Assembly: GCA_903900775.1 (NCBI GenBank)
Contig: CAIUOD010000004.1
Location: 1-49,465, forward strand
DNA length: 49,465 bases
Direction: 5' to 3'
Source of the DNA: Candidatus Adlerbacteria bacterium
GTDB lineage: Bacteria > Patescibacteriota > Minisyncoccia > Phycocordibacterales > SBAW01
Shown here one piece after another: positions 37,935-44,969 of this stretch. How positions within the stretch are numbered: position 1 is the stretch's first letter; every line of letters begins with the position of its first letter. Position numbers and translations under genes: made by a program. Under the pieces are notes generated by a model, which was given only the letters and a program-made list of their open reading frames with translations, searched no databases and was not told where the DNA came from.

Positions 37935-38579
37935 TCAGGCCCGCTCGCACCTCATCTTCTCGAGGAACTGCCGGCCCTTCCCCACCGCTGTGTTGATGGG
38001 AATGCCGGCCTTGCACAGCGGACACTCTTCTTCCGGCCACGAATTGAGCTCGACATTCGTGAGCGTGAATAGTTTCGGGACGTTGCCCACATTGCGTACC
38101 GTGACGCCTCCGCGATTGCAGAGGCCGCCGACGCCGATGATGTTGCCGCCGATTGCGCGCGCCACTTCGACGACCTCCTCGGCAGAGCCGCCGGTCGTGA
38201 ACACGTCTTCGACCGCCAGTACTCTCTTGCCGCGGATGAACTTATCGTAGCCGCGCCCGATCACGAACGATCCGTCGGGCATCTTCTCGGCGAACGTGCT
38301 GTGCACCTGCCGACGATTCAGCGTAGTGAGGTGGTGTGCCACCCACACCGAAAGGATGATCCCGCCGAGCGCGGGAGCAATGACCGTCTCGACCTCGTCC
38401 TTCTCGAACTGCTCGGCGAGCATAAAGCAGAGGCGGGACGTCAGTTCCGTGTGGGGATAGACCGCGTCCTTGTTGAGGTACGCGTCGCCATGCCGGCCGG
38501 ACGTGAAGACGACGTGGGTGTTGGTAATGAACGCTCCCACATTTCCGAACTCTCGGAGAATCACTTCTTCTCTCGTCAT
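37935..38579 (-). CDS. Phosphoribosyltransferase (orotate PRTase-like)
   Basis: ORF 37935..38666. The start is MTREEVILREFG (ATG at 38577-38579). PRPP loop VLAVEDVFTTGGSAEE. The C-terminus has CPLC. Confidence 0.75.
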   Translation of the reverse strand: MTREEVILREFGNVGAFITNTHVVFTSGRHGDAYLNKDAVYPHTELTSRLCFMLAEQFEKDEVETVIAPALGGIILSVWVAHHLTTLNRRQVHSTFAEKMPDGSFVIGRGYDKFIRGKRVLAVEDVFTTGGSAEEVVEVARAIGGNIIGVGGLCNRGGVTVRNVGNVPKLFTLTNVELNSWPEEECPLCKAGIPINTAVGKGRQFLEKMRCERA

Positions 38580-38691
38580 GAACTTTGCCCCTCCCTTCGT
38601 GGGCTTAGTGCTTGTGAGGACAATCCCTCCCGCAGCTATAGTGCATAAAAAATGGCGCTGGCGCAACTAGAACAAGCCGGCCCTGTGCTTT

Positions 38692-39504
38692 TTATTTTTT
38701 GGCCACTATCGCTTCGATCTCGGCCTGCTCTACAAAACTGCCGCTCGGCTCGATTTTTGACAACTCGGTTTTGATTTCAGATTCAAATTCGCCCACCCTC
38801 TCGCCCAACAGACGCCGCGAGGCGAACGAGGTTGAATAGAGAAAGCCCATAATCGACTCGACGCTCCACTCTTTTGTGTATTCATGTGCCCATACTTCGC
38901 ACGCGCCAAAGGGCGACTGCTCAACCAAATCATCAAACTCTTCTTCGGGTTTTTGATAAAAAGTATTTCCGGCGCGCCTTTGCTCACCCAGATATTTTTT
39001 GAGTATTTCTCGAACTTTTTTCTGCCAGGGGTCGGTGCTCTCATCTTTGGTCGCCCACGAGCCGGCCGAGTCGTAGACCACCGCGAGCCCTCCCCCAACT
39101 TCGGCATGGTCATAAATTTTTTGCAGGACTACCTTTTGATCCATCCAATGGAGGGCCGCTCCGACGGTGGTGAGCCGAAAAACTCCGCTATTTTCGGAAA
39201 GATCTTCGGCCCGAGCGCACAGCCACGAAATATTCCCCACCCCGGCTTTTTCTGCCTGCACTTTGGCCTCGTCGAGCATTTCTTGCTCGGGGTCGAGCCC
39301 CACAACTTCGTCAAAGTTCTTTGCCAATGGGATAGCGAGCTGGCCCGTGCCACAGCCCACATCAAGCAACCGCCCCTCCCCATTCAAATTAAAGTAGCGG
39401 ATTATATAGTCAAAAAACTCGGACGTGTACCCGGGGCGATATTTGGCGTAATACTCCGCCGTCCCTTTAAATAGTTCCTGATCGATCATAGTTAAACAGG
39501 CCAA
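38692..39504 (-). CDS. Class I SAM-dependent methyltransferase
   Basis: 270 aa. Motif I LLDVGCGTGQLAIPLA. Confidence 0.85.
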   Translation of the reverse strand: MACLTMIDQELFKGTAEYYAKYRPGYTSEFFDYIIRYFNLNGEGRLLDVGCGTGQLAIPLAKNFDEVVGLDPEQEMLDEAKVQAEKAGVGNISWLCARAEDLSENSGVFRLTTVGAALHWMDQKVVLQKIYDHAEVGGGLAVVYDSAGSWATKDESTDPWQKKVREILKKYLGEQRRAGNTFYQKPEEEFDDLVEQSPFGACEVWAHEYTKEWSVESIMGFLYSTSFASRRLLGERVGEFESEIKTELSKIEPSGSFVEQAEIEAIVAKK

Positions 39505-39633
39505 TCTATGCTAGCACGAACTGGCTAATCATCCGGTACGAAGTTGGTACAGCGCTCCAAGGTGGCCGAACTTGAGTACAAAATACAAATAAAGAGAGCG
39601 CCCAAGCGGGGCGCCCCCAGACAGCGTGCCGAA

Positions 39634-39954
39634 CTATTTCTCCACCTCCATGTGCGGTTCGCAGATTTGCCAGATCCGAGCGAACTGCATCCGCAACTGA
39701 TCGACAGTATTTGCGGCCTCATCGAGCTTCTCCGCCAGCTGGGTTCGGCCCTTGGCGCGGTCGTTCTCCGCCTGCTGGCGCAATTCTTCTATCGCCAGTC
39801 GGTAGAATTCTACAACCTCATTGTAACACATCCGGTGAATGTTCCGAACGAGCTCCGGCAGCCGCCCTTCATATCCTTCGACCGCCGTCCCATGTTTGAC
39901 GGCAATCGCCTCGGCGAAGTTGCGCACGAAGCGCACATTCTGCTGGGCACTCAT
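39634..39954 (-). CDS. Hypothetical helical protein (106 aa)
   Basis: ORF 39634..40215 trimmed to the ATG at 39952-39954, which is preceded by AGGAGG (MSAQQNVRFVRNFAEAIAVKHG...). The longer version would overlap the SRPBCC gene on the other strand. Confidence 0.5.
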   Translation of the reverse strand: MSAQQNVRFVRNFAEAIAVKHGTAVEGYEGRLPELVRNIHRMCYNEVVEFYRLAIEELRQQAENDRAKGRTQLAEKLDEAANTVDQLRMQFARIWQICEPHMEVEK

Positions 39955-40075
39955 GTGGACACCTCCTGGTTGAGATGAGCCCTCTAAACCAACCCTAGCG
40001 CTGACACAGAACGATGTAAAGCGATGAAATCTGATTTCATCGAAATCCCATACTGCTTCTATATAAGTAAATGAT

Positions 40076-40552
40076 ATGGAAAAAGAAATTACGATGGTGC
40101 GCGTGGTCGAGGCCCCGCGCGAGCGTGTGTGGCAGGCTTGGACCGACCCGCAAGAATTGATGCGGTGGTGGGGGCCGAACAGTGTCACCATCCCCGAATG
40201 CGAAGTCGAACTCAAAGTGGGCGGCAGATTTTATATCGTCATGGAGGCGGGCGAAGCCATGGGCTCCTACAAAGGGACAAAGTGGCCGATGGAGGCCACG
40301 TTTACCACGATTGAGCCGAATGAAAAACTCGCCTATACGGCGCAGGCGTGGACCGAGGGCCAAAAAGAAGAAACGTTAATCGACCAGACTACCGAGGTGA
40401 TGCTAACCGATAAAGATGGTAAAACCGAAGTAAAAATCATAGCGGCTGTACTCAAAACCGGGCCGAAAGCTGGGATGGCGGTCGAGGGTATGCAGGCTGG
40501 TTTTACGCAACAACTAGAAAAGCTGAACGACTTTCTGTCTGCTAAAAAATAG
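40076..40552 (+). CDS. SRPBCC/AHSA1-like domain protein
   Basis: 158 aa. VEAPRERVWQAWTDPQELMRWWGP...GGRFYIVMEAGEAMGSYKGTKWPMEATFTTIEPNEKLAYT. Confidence 0.8.
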   Translation: MEKEITMVRVVEAPRERVWQAWTDPQELMRWWGPNSVTIPECEVELKVGGRFYIVMEAGEAMGSYKGTKWPMEATFTTIEPNEKLAYTAQAWTEGQKEETLIDQTTEVMLTDKDGKTEVKIIAAVLKTGPKAGMAVEGMQAGFTQQLEKLNDFLSAKK

Positions 40553-40648
40553 GTCCGTATAATTTTGGCGATCCCCTACCACAACACCATTTGAGAAAGA
40601 CGCCTGTTGGTGTAAAGTGTCTTGGTAATTGCAGTTGTGCAATACCAT

Positions 40649-40719
40649 TGCGGGATCGTCTAATGGTAGGACAACGGACTCTGAATCCGTTTATCTAGGT
40701 TCGAATCCTAGTCCCGCAG
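40649..40719 (+). tRNA. tRNA-Gln (anticodon CTG)
   Basis: TGCGGGATCGTCTAATGGTAGGACAACGGACTCTGAATCCGTTTATCTAGGTTCGAATCCTAGTCCCGCAG. Acceptor TGCGGGA/TCCCGCA; anticodon stem ACGGA/TCCGT with loop CTCTGAA; T arm CTAGG-TTCGAAT-CCTAG. Confidence 0.9.
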
Positions 40720-40784
40720 CCCAGTCATACTTAGTCATACTGTCGTTTTGCCCTGCGGTTGGTGTTATAGTATCGGCATAGATT

Positions 40785-41249
40785 ATGGATTTTTATATTG
40801 TTTTTGCCGGAATTGTAGAAGTAGGATTCAGCACCAGGCTTTTTAATGCAATAAATACCGCTGGTTCCAGAGGAGCGACGAAGATTATTATCCTTCTCTC
40901 ATCCCTTGGAGGAAACATACAGGAGGGGTTCACGTTGGCCTCGACCATACAAAACTCGACCTTACCTATAGCTATTCACGCCAACAACAACATCGATTCA
41001 ATTGCAAACGTCATTTATATGTCCGCGAAAGTGAGGACTGCGGAATCGTATGCAAAATTCTATCTACACGGCGCTGCGACACCGGCCGCATCCTTCGATG
41101 AAAAAGGTTTGCGCGAACAAATGTTGTCCTTGAGAACCGAAAACGCCAGGATCGCCCAGTTTATTTCCGAAAATTCTGAGCTAAATTTCAAAAAGGTACA
41201 AGCAATGATGAAAGCAGGGACCACGATGACAGCTCAGCAGGCATTATAA
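40785..41249 (+). CDS. ClpP-like serine peptidase (S14-like fold), interrupted by an in-frame TAA
   Basis: 154 aa. KIIILLSSLGGNIQEGFTLASTIQ matches ClpP I-x-L-x-I-N-S-P-G-G-x-V-x-x-G. Other ClpP-like positions are IDSIANVIYMSAKVR and YLHGA. The frame continues past the TAA (41247-41249) as CGMVQEIIHKEIPATALKEEIVVIN* to 41327. Confidence 0.6.
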   Translation: MDFYIVFAGIVEVGFSTRLFNAINTAGSRGATKIIILLSSLGGNIQEGFTLASTIQNSTLPIAIHANNNIDSIANVIYMSAKVRTAESYAKFYLHGAATPAASFDEKGLREQMLSLRTENARIAQFISENSELNFKKVQAMMKAGTTMTAQQAL

Positions 41250-41331
41250 TGTGGCATGGTGCAAGAAATTATCCATAAAGAGATCCCCGCGACGGCACTC
41301 AAAGAAGAAATCGTTGTCATCAACTAAAAAT

Positions 41332-41556
41332 ATGAACACCGAACAAGCAAAAACGAAAATTGAAGAGACATTGCTAAATATGGGATGTACGGACATCTCG
41401 TTTCCGGTATTAGAAAATACCTCAATTGTGGTGGTATTCAACTGCCGCGAAATTACAAGCTTTGTTGCTGACATCTCTGGCTGGACCTACTCTGGAATAC
41501 ACCTGGATACTACCTATGGTCATCAATACGGAATTGACTTCAGATTGAAGGGTTAA
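41332..41556 (+). CDS. Hypothetical small protein (74 aa)
   Basis: ORF 41251..41556 trimmed to the ATG at 41332 (MNTEQAKTKIEETLLNMGCTDISF...). AT-rich like the ClpP-like gene. Confidence 0.4.
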   Translation: MNTEQAKTKIEETLLNMGCTDISFPVLENTSIVVVFNCREITSFVADISGWTYSGIHLDTTYGHQYGIDFRLKG

Positions 41557-41623
41557 AAAAACGCGCCACTGAGTCACACTGCCCTTCCTATACAATAGGC
41601 TTCAATTGGTGAAAATGGTGGTT

Positions 41624-41809
41624 ATGTCTCGCACCACCGCAAGGTTCACTGTATCCCTACCGCCTGAAATGGCTGCGGAGGTAGAACGGATTATGGAAAT
41701 AGAGCATCGGACGCGCTCGGAGCTCGTCCGTGAGGCGCTGCGGCAATACTTTCGTGCTCAAGTGATTGAGACATCAGTACCACCCAGTAATTCCACCGCC
41801 CAGGAATAG
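41624..41809 (+). CDS. Ribbon-helix-helix (CopG/Arc/MetJ-type) protein, copy 1
   Basis: ORF 41606..41809. The start at 41624 is chosen by alignment to copy 2. MSRTTARFTVSLPPEMAAEVERIMEIEHRTRSELVREALRQYF is a classic RHH beta-strand plus two helices. Confidence 0.75.
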   Translation: MSRTTARFTVSLPPEMAAEVERIMEIEHRTRSELVREALRQYFRAQVIETSVPPSNSTAQE

Positions 41810-41834
41810 TTAATCTTATCGATACAAAAGAAGC

Positions 41835-41865
41835 GACCCGTTCCGCAGAGTTTGCGGAACGGGTC
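41835..41865. terminator. Bidirectional terminator hairpin between convergent genes
   Basis: 13-bp stem gacccgttccgca/tgcggaacgggtc with loop gagtt. Confidence 0.6.
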
Positions 41866-41885
41866 TGGCCTAATAGGCCGAAGTT

Positions 41886-42554
41886 TCAGCTGGCAGAAAG
41901 ACACTCGACCGTCTTAATGACTGGGCGAACTGCCAAAAAGCGCGGATCATTGAGCATGTCACCCCACTGCCTGATGAAAACCCATCGCTCGCGTTTCCCC
42001 CCGTTACCTGCGGAGAGACATGGGACGTTTCGGTAGACCTTGAGATCTCCCAAGACTAAAAGGGAGCCGAGACCGTGGATTTCATACTCGCGTTGCTCCT
42101 CGGGATACTTCGCCCCGTAGGCTAACAAGTGTTCAATCTTGCCCGGCACCCATGGATTCGCTGTATCGGCGCCGGCAATGCCGTCGGCGGCATCGTCTGG
42201 GGAGATGTCGTTATCGAAGTGGAAGAGTCGCGTTGCGAAATCGCGTCGACCACTGCCTTCGAGAGGGAAATATTTTGGGCTAATCCCTTCTTCCACCCAA
42301 TCGTAGCCGCCGCGGTGGACCATCGTTCCGAGCGAACAGTTGTAATCGACGGTGATGTATTGGCGTTCTTTCGGAGCCATATCCATGAGTGTCTTGCGGA
42401 CGTCATCGCGCCTATCGAGACGGGCTGCCAGGTCGCACAGGTCGGCGAAGATGCCGCTTGCGAGAATCCTGTTCCATCTTTTCGGCGTCATTCTTTTCTC
42501 TCTGAAAAGCTTGAGTTGCAGTTCAAGCTGGCCAGAAGTGAGTGTCGTCTCCAT
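41886..42554 (-). CDS. Hypothetical protein (222 aa), no family recognised
   Basis: Clean ORF with globular composition (...YDWVEEGISPKYFPLEG...EHLLAYGAKYPEEQREYEIHGLGS...RFLAVRPV). It converges on RHH copy 1 and diverges from small ORF copy 1. Confidence 0.6.
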   Translation of the reverse strand: METTLTSGQLELQLKLFREKRMTPKRWNRILASGIFADLCDLAARLDRRDDVRKTLMDMAPKERQYITVDYNCSLGTMVHRGGYDWVEEGISPKYFPLEGSGRRDFATRLFHFDNDISPDDAADGIAGADTANPWVPGKIEHLLAYGAKYPEEQREYEIHGLGSLLVLGDLKVYRNVPCLSAGNGGKRERWVFIRQWGDMLNDPRFLAVRPVIKTVECLSAS

Positions 42555-42768
42555 CGAGAAACTTCCTTTTGGATGGCTTCCCCTTTCGGGTCGGCCTATG
42601 CCAGCGGGCTCCCTCGGGTTGAGGGTTTACCATGACAAAGAACTGATGCAGTTTTACTACATGTAAAGCCATTTTGTCAAACCGCTACTACAGAAACACG
42701 CATGGTGTGCTTTAAGTATTTCATATTGAGCTTTCTCGGCACATGAGTGTTTCTTATGACTCAGGGAA

Positions 42769-43061
42769 GCGTACGTTACTCTTACCTCTATGCAGGTCTC
42801 CGACGAGCGGCTCCAGGAGTTCCAGTGCATCTATAAGGAAGAGTATGGGGAGGAGATCAGTTTGCCCCAGGCACGGGAGATGGTTCAGCGTCTCCTGACC
42901 CTGTACACTATTCTCAAGCGCCCCCGGCCCGGCGACGGCGCACCGGCTTCTTCACGACGCTCTCTGGCTCAAAGTGAGCCCGAAGCGTCCTGATGTTGGC
43001 CACTATCCGATCCCACTCTTTCTGTGGTGTTTGGGTGCGAACTTCCTCCACGACTCCCAGC
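42769..43061. repeat. 293-bp duplicated module, copy 1
   Basis: Aligns without indels to 44078-44370 at a constant offset of 1309 nt. By eye, identity is ~80% in the first 130 nt and ~95% in the last 150 nt. Confidence 0.85.
42790..42993 (+). CDS. Small conserved hypothetical protein (67 aa), copy 1
   Basis: MQVSDERLQEFQCIYKEEYGEEISLPQAREMVQRLLTLYTIL.... Between the two copies, seven of the differing codons are synonymous changes (six at the third position, one ctg/ttg), which supports plus-strand coding. Confidence 0.5.
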   Translation: MQVSDERLQEFQCIYKEEYGEEISLPQAREMVQRLLTLYTILKRPRPGDGAPASSRRSLAQSEPEAS

Positions 43062-43145
43062 AGAGTATTACTTTGTGTTACTTGGTGCCCCATGGGCACA
43101 TTAGCGAGCCTTTTGTTCTCAAGTGTGGCTGGCAGAATAAGGCAC

Positions 43146-43322
43146 ATGGCACGGATTACCGTAACCTTTTGTGTGTCGCTGCCGCCCGATATGGCCGCGG
43201 AGATCGAGCGGGCTATGGAAATCGAGCATCGAACGCGCTCGGAGCTTATCCGTGAGGCTTTGCGACAATATTTCCGACTCACCCTGACGAATTTTAGTAC
43301 TCCAACATCTGTAGAAAAATGA
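43146..43322 (+). CDS. Ribbon-helix-helix (CopG-type) protein, copy 2
   Basis: Lies inside ORF 42993..43322, from the ATG at 43146. MARITVTFCVSLPPDMAAEIERAMEIEHRTRSELIREALRQYF is about 70% identical to copy 1 across the RHH core. Confidence 0.75.
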   Translation: MARITVTFCVSLPPDMAAEIERAMEIEHRTRSELIREALRQYFRLTLTNFSTPTSVEK

Positions 43323-43351
43323 AAAGGCTCCGCGACTTGCGCGGAGCCTTT
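43323..43351. terminator. Bidirectional terminator hairpin
   Basis: aaaggctccgcg-acttg-cgcggagccttt, between RHH copy 2 and the convergent 194-aa gene. Confidence 0.65.
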
Positions 43352-43371
43352 CGGACCGATAAGTGTGTCGG

Positions 43372-43956
43372 TCAGTCGTCGGTGCCGAATCCCGGTTCGT
43401 CCCACACACCAAAGACGATGAGCTGAACGTCCATCGCGGTCACCATGATGAAAGGGTCCGGATTCGGGTCGGCGTAGTCGCTGACGAAGAACAACGCCCG
43501 GTCGCCGAATTGGTCCTGGATTCTCTTGACCTGGCGCAGGATATGGATTGGAACCGCTCGTGCATACGGCCGGTACGGAAACTCGTCGCGGTAGCTGCCA
43601 TGTCCACGAGACTGGTTCGCGGTCTTGCTTTCGTTAGACGCCCGGCCCGACCAGACCCAGCCCTGCGGCTTGTCTCGCTCACGCAGCGGCCGCCAGATCC
43701 AGACCTTGCCGGCCTTTTCGGCTTGAGAGGCCATGTACTGGTCGACCTCTCTATAGTTGTAGACGGGGATACGGTTCTCGTTGAGGAACCGCAACAGCTT
43801 CTCCTCGAGAAGTTGCGCGGGCTGGAAGCCCAACTCCTTCGCGAGCTGCTCGTACACCCCAAGCGGTTCGTTCCCGACGACCGCCAGACGCGGGGTTGGT
43901 CGCAGGATTGCTGGCGCCACCGAAGCGGTTGCCACTACCACTTTTCTTCCGAACAT
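43372..43956 (-). CDS. Hypothetical protein (194 aa), no family recognised
   Basis: Clean ORF (...LLEEKLLRFLNENRIPVYNYREVDQYM...ALFFVSDYADPNPDPFIMVTAMDVQLIVFGVWDEPGF). It converges on RHH copy 2 and diverges from small ORF copy 2. Confidence 0.6.
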   Translation of the reverse strand: MFGRKVVVATASVAPAILRPTPRLAVVGNEPLGVYEQLAKELGFQPAQLLEEKLLRFLNENRIPVYNYREVDQYMASQAEKAGKVWIWRPLRERDKPQGWVWSGRASNESKTANQSRGHGSYRDEFPYRPYARAVPIHILRQVKRIQDQFGDRALFFVSDYADPNPDPFIMVTAMDVQLIVFGVWDEPGFGTDD

Positions 43957-44077
43957 GTTCGACCCCTCCTTGCGTGGCAGAAAATTCCACCAAGCTTCTG
44001 GTGGTTAGAGTAACACACTTGTATTGAAGTGCAATAACTTGGAATAGTTCGCCTAGTCATATCGTTCTGTTTAGTTT

Positions 44078-44370
44078 GCGGTACGTTATCCCACCCATAT
44101 GCAGGTCTCCGACAAGCGGCTCCGGGAACTCCAGCGCATCTACAAGGAGGAGTATGGAGAGGAGACCAGTTTGGCAAAAGCACGGGAGATGGCACAGCGT
44201 CTCCTGACCTTGTACACTATTCTCATGTACCCCCGGCCCGGCGGCGGCGCACCGGCTTCTTCACGACGCTCTCCGGCTCAAAGCGAGCCCGAAGCATCCT
44301 GACGTTGGCCACTATCCGATCCCACTCTTTCTGTGGTGTTTGGGTGCGAACTTCCTCCAGGACTCCCAGC
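44078..44370. repeat. 293-bp duplicated module, copy 2
   Basis: See copy 1. Confidence 0.85.
44099..44302 (+). CDS. Small conserved hypothetical protein (67 aa), copy 2
   Basis: MQVSDKRLRELQRIYKEEYGEETSLAKAREMAQRLLTLYTIL.... Confidence 0.5.
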   Translation: MQVSDKRLRELQRIYKEEYGEETSLAKAREMAQRLLTLYTILMYPRPGGGAPASSRRSPAQSEPEAS

Positions 44371-44423
44371 CAGGTATGAAAAAGCCCCGCGAGAAGCGAA
44401 GCTTCTTCACGAGGCGTAGTAAG

Positions 44424-44711
44424 TTATCGAACTCGTGCACCCTCAGGCAGGAGGGGACGTACTTCCATCGGTGCTTCGTACATGAGTTCTGCATCCATTT
44501 TGAGAACTTCCGAAAGGTGATGCAGACCCTTCAGATAACAACGCAACTCCTCGACGCCGATCGGCGAATAGGTAAGCTTGGGATAGAACGGCGTGTCTTC
44601 GTTCACAACGCCCCCATAGAAGTCGACCTGCGTGCAGAGATCTACGGTGACGTACCGACCAGGCTTGAGGCTAGGGCGGTGGTAGGGCTCCGAAATTTTT
44701 ACAACGATCAT
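44424..44711 (-). CDS. Hypothetical protein (95 aa); the frame continues past the TAA stop
   Basis: ORF 44424..44816 trimmed to the ATG at 44709-44711, which is preceded by AAGGAG (MIVVKISEPYHRPSLKPGRYVTVDL...). After the TAA at 44424-44426, the same frame stays open for 66 more codons to a TGA at 44223-44225. Confidence 0.45.
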   Translation of the reverse strand: MIVVKISEPYHRPSLKPGRYVTVDLCTQVDFYGGVVNEDTPFYPKLTYSPIGVEELRCYLKGLHHLSEVLKMDAELMYEAPMEVRPLLPEGARVR

Positions 44712-44969
44712 TTTTTCTGCTCCTTGGCATCGGGGAATTCCGACAACAAGGACTCCACACCGCTTGCTCCTTTCGGAGGGGATAAGGGTGGAAATCGTAC
44801 TTCCTTCCTTTTGCACTCTGATTACCCAAACGAGTGAGGAGGTGGCCGAATTGCCGTTTCGGATTCAGTATTTCTCAGCACTCGACTACCCTTAATTGTA
44901 TGCCATGTTTAAATAAAAGTCAATAGTGCATATCCCGTCTATAAATATGGATTTTACGATGAAGCTCCC

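Larger units (their letters stand above)
40720..44950. mobile_element. Putative accessory/integrated island next to tRNA-Gln (no recombinase seen; possibly a decayed element)
   Basis: It begins at the tRNA 3' end and contains no housekeeping genes. It has an AT-rich sub-block (40785-41556), duplicated modules, orphan RHH genes and in-frame stops. Core genes flank it (SRPBCC/tRNA on the left, capA-pyrG on the right). Confidence 0.4.

Noticed and set aside
39955-40215. N-terminal 87 codons of the 193-aa ORF 39634..40215.
   Set aside because: This part overlaps the well-supported SRPBCC gene on the other strand and has junk composition. An internal ATG with an AGGAGG RBS at 39954 gives a coherent 106-aa protein.
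40721-40745. Tandem AGTCATAC(T) motif right after tRNA-Gln, with similar strings at 41571-41584 (gagtcacactgccc) and ~44055 (tagtcatatcg), considered as possible att-site repeats bounding the AT-rich sub-block.
   Set aside because: The matches are only about 10 of 14 nt and none includes the tRNA 3' end. This is too short and degenerate to call attL/attR without comparative data.
41554-41598. The frame of the 74-aa ORF continues for 13 codons after its TAA (KNAPLSHTALPIQ*), considered as a third read-through candidate.
   Set aside because: The extension is short, has no recognisable motif and ends at a TAG. It cannot be distinguished from chance.
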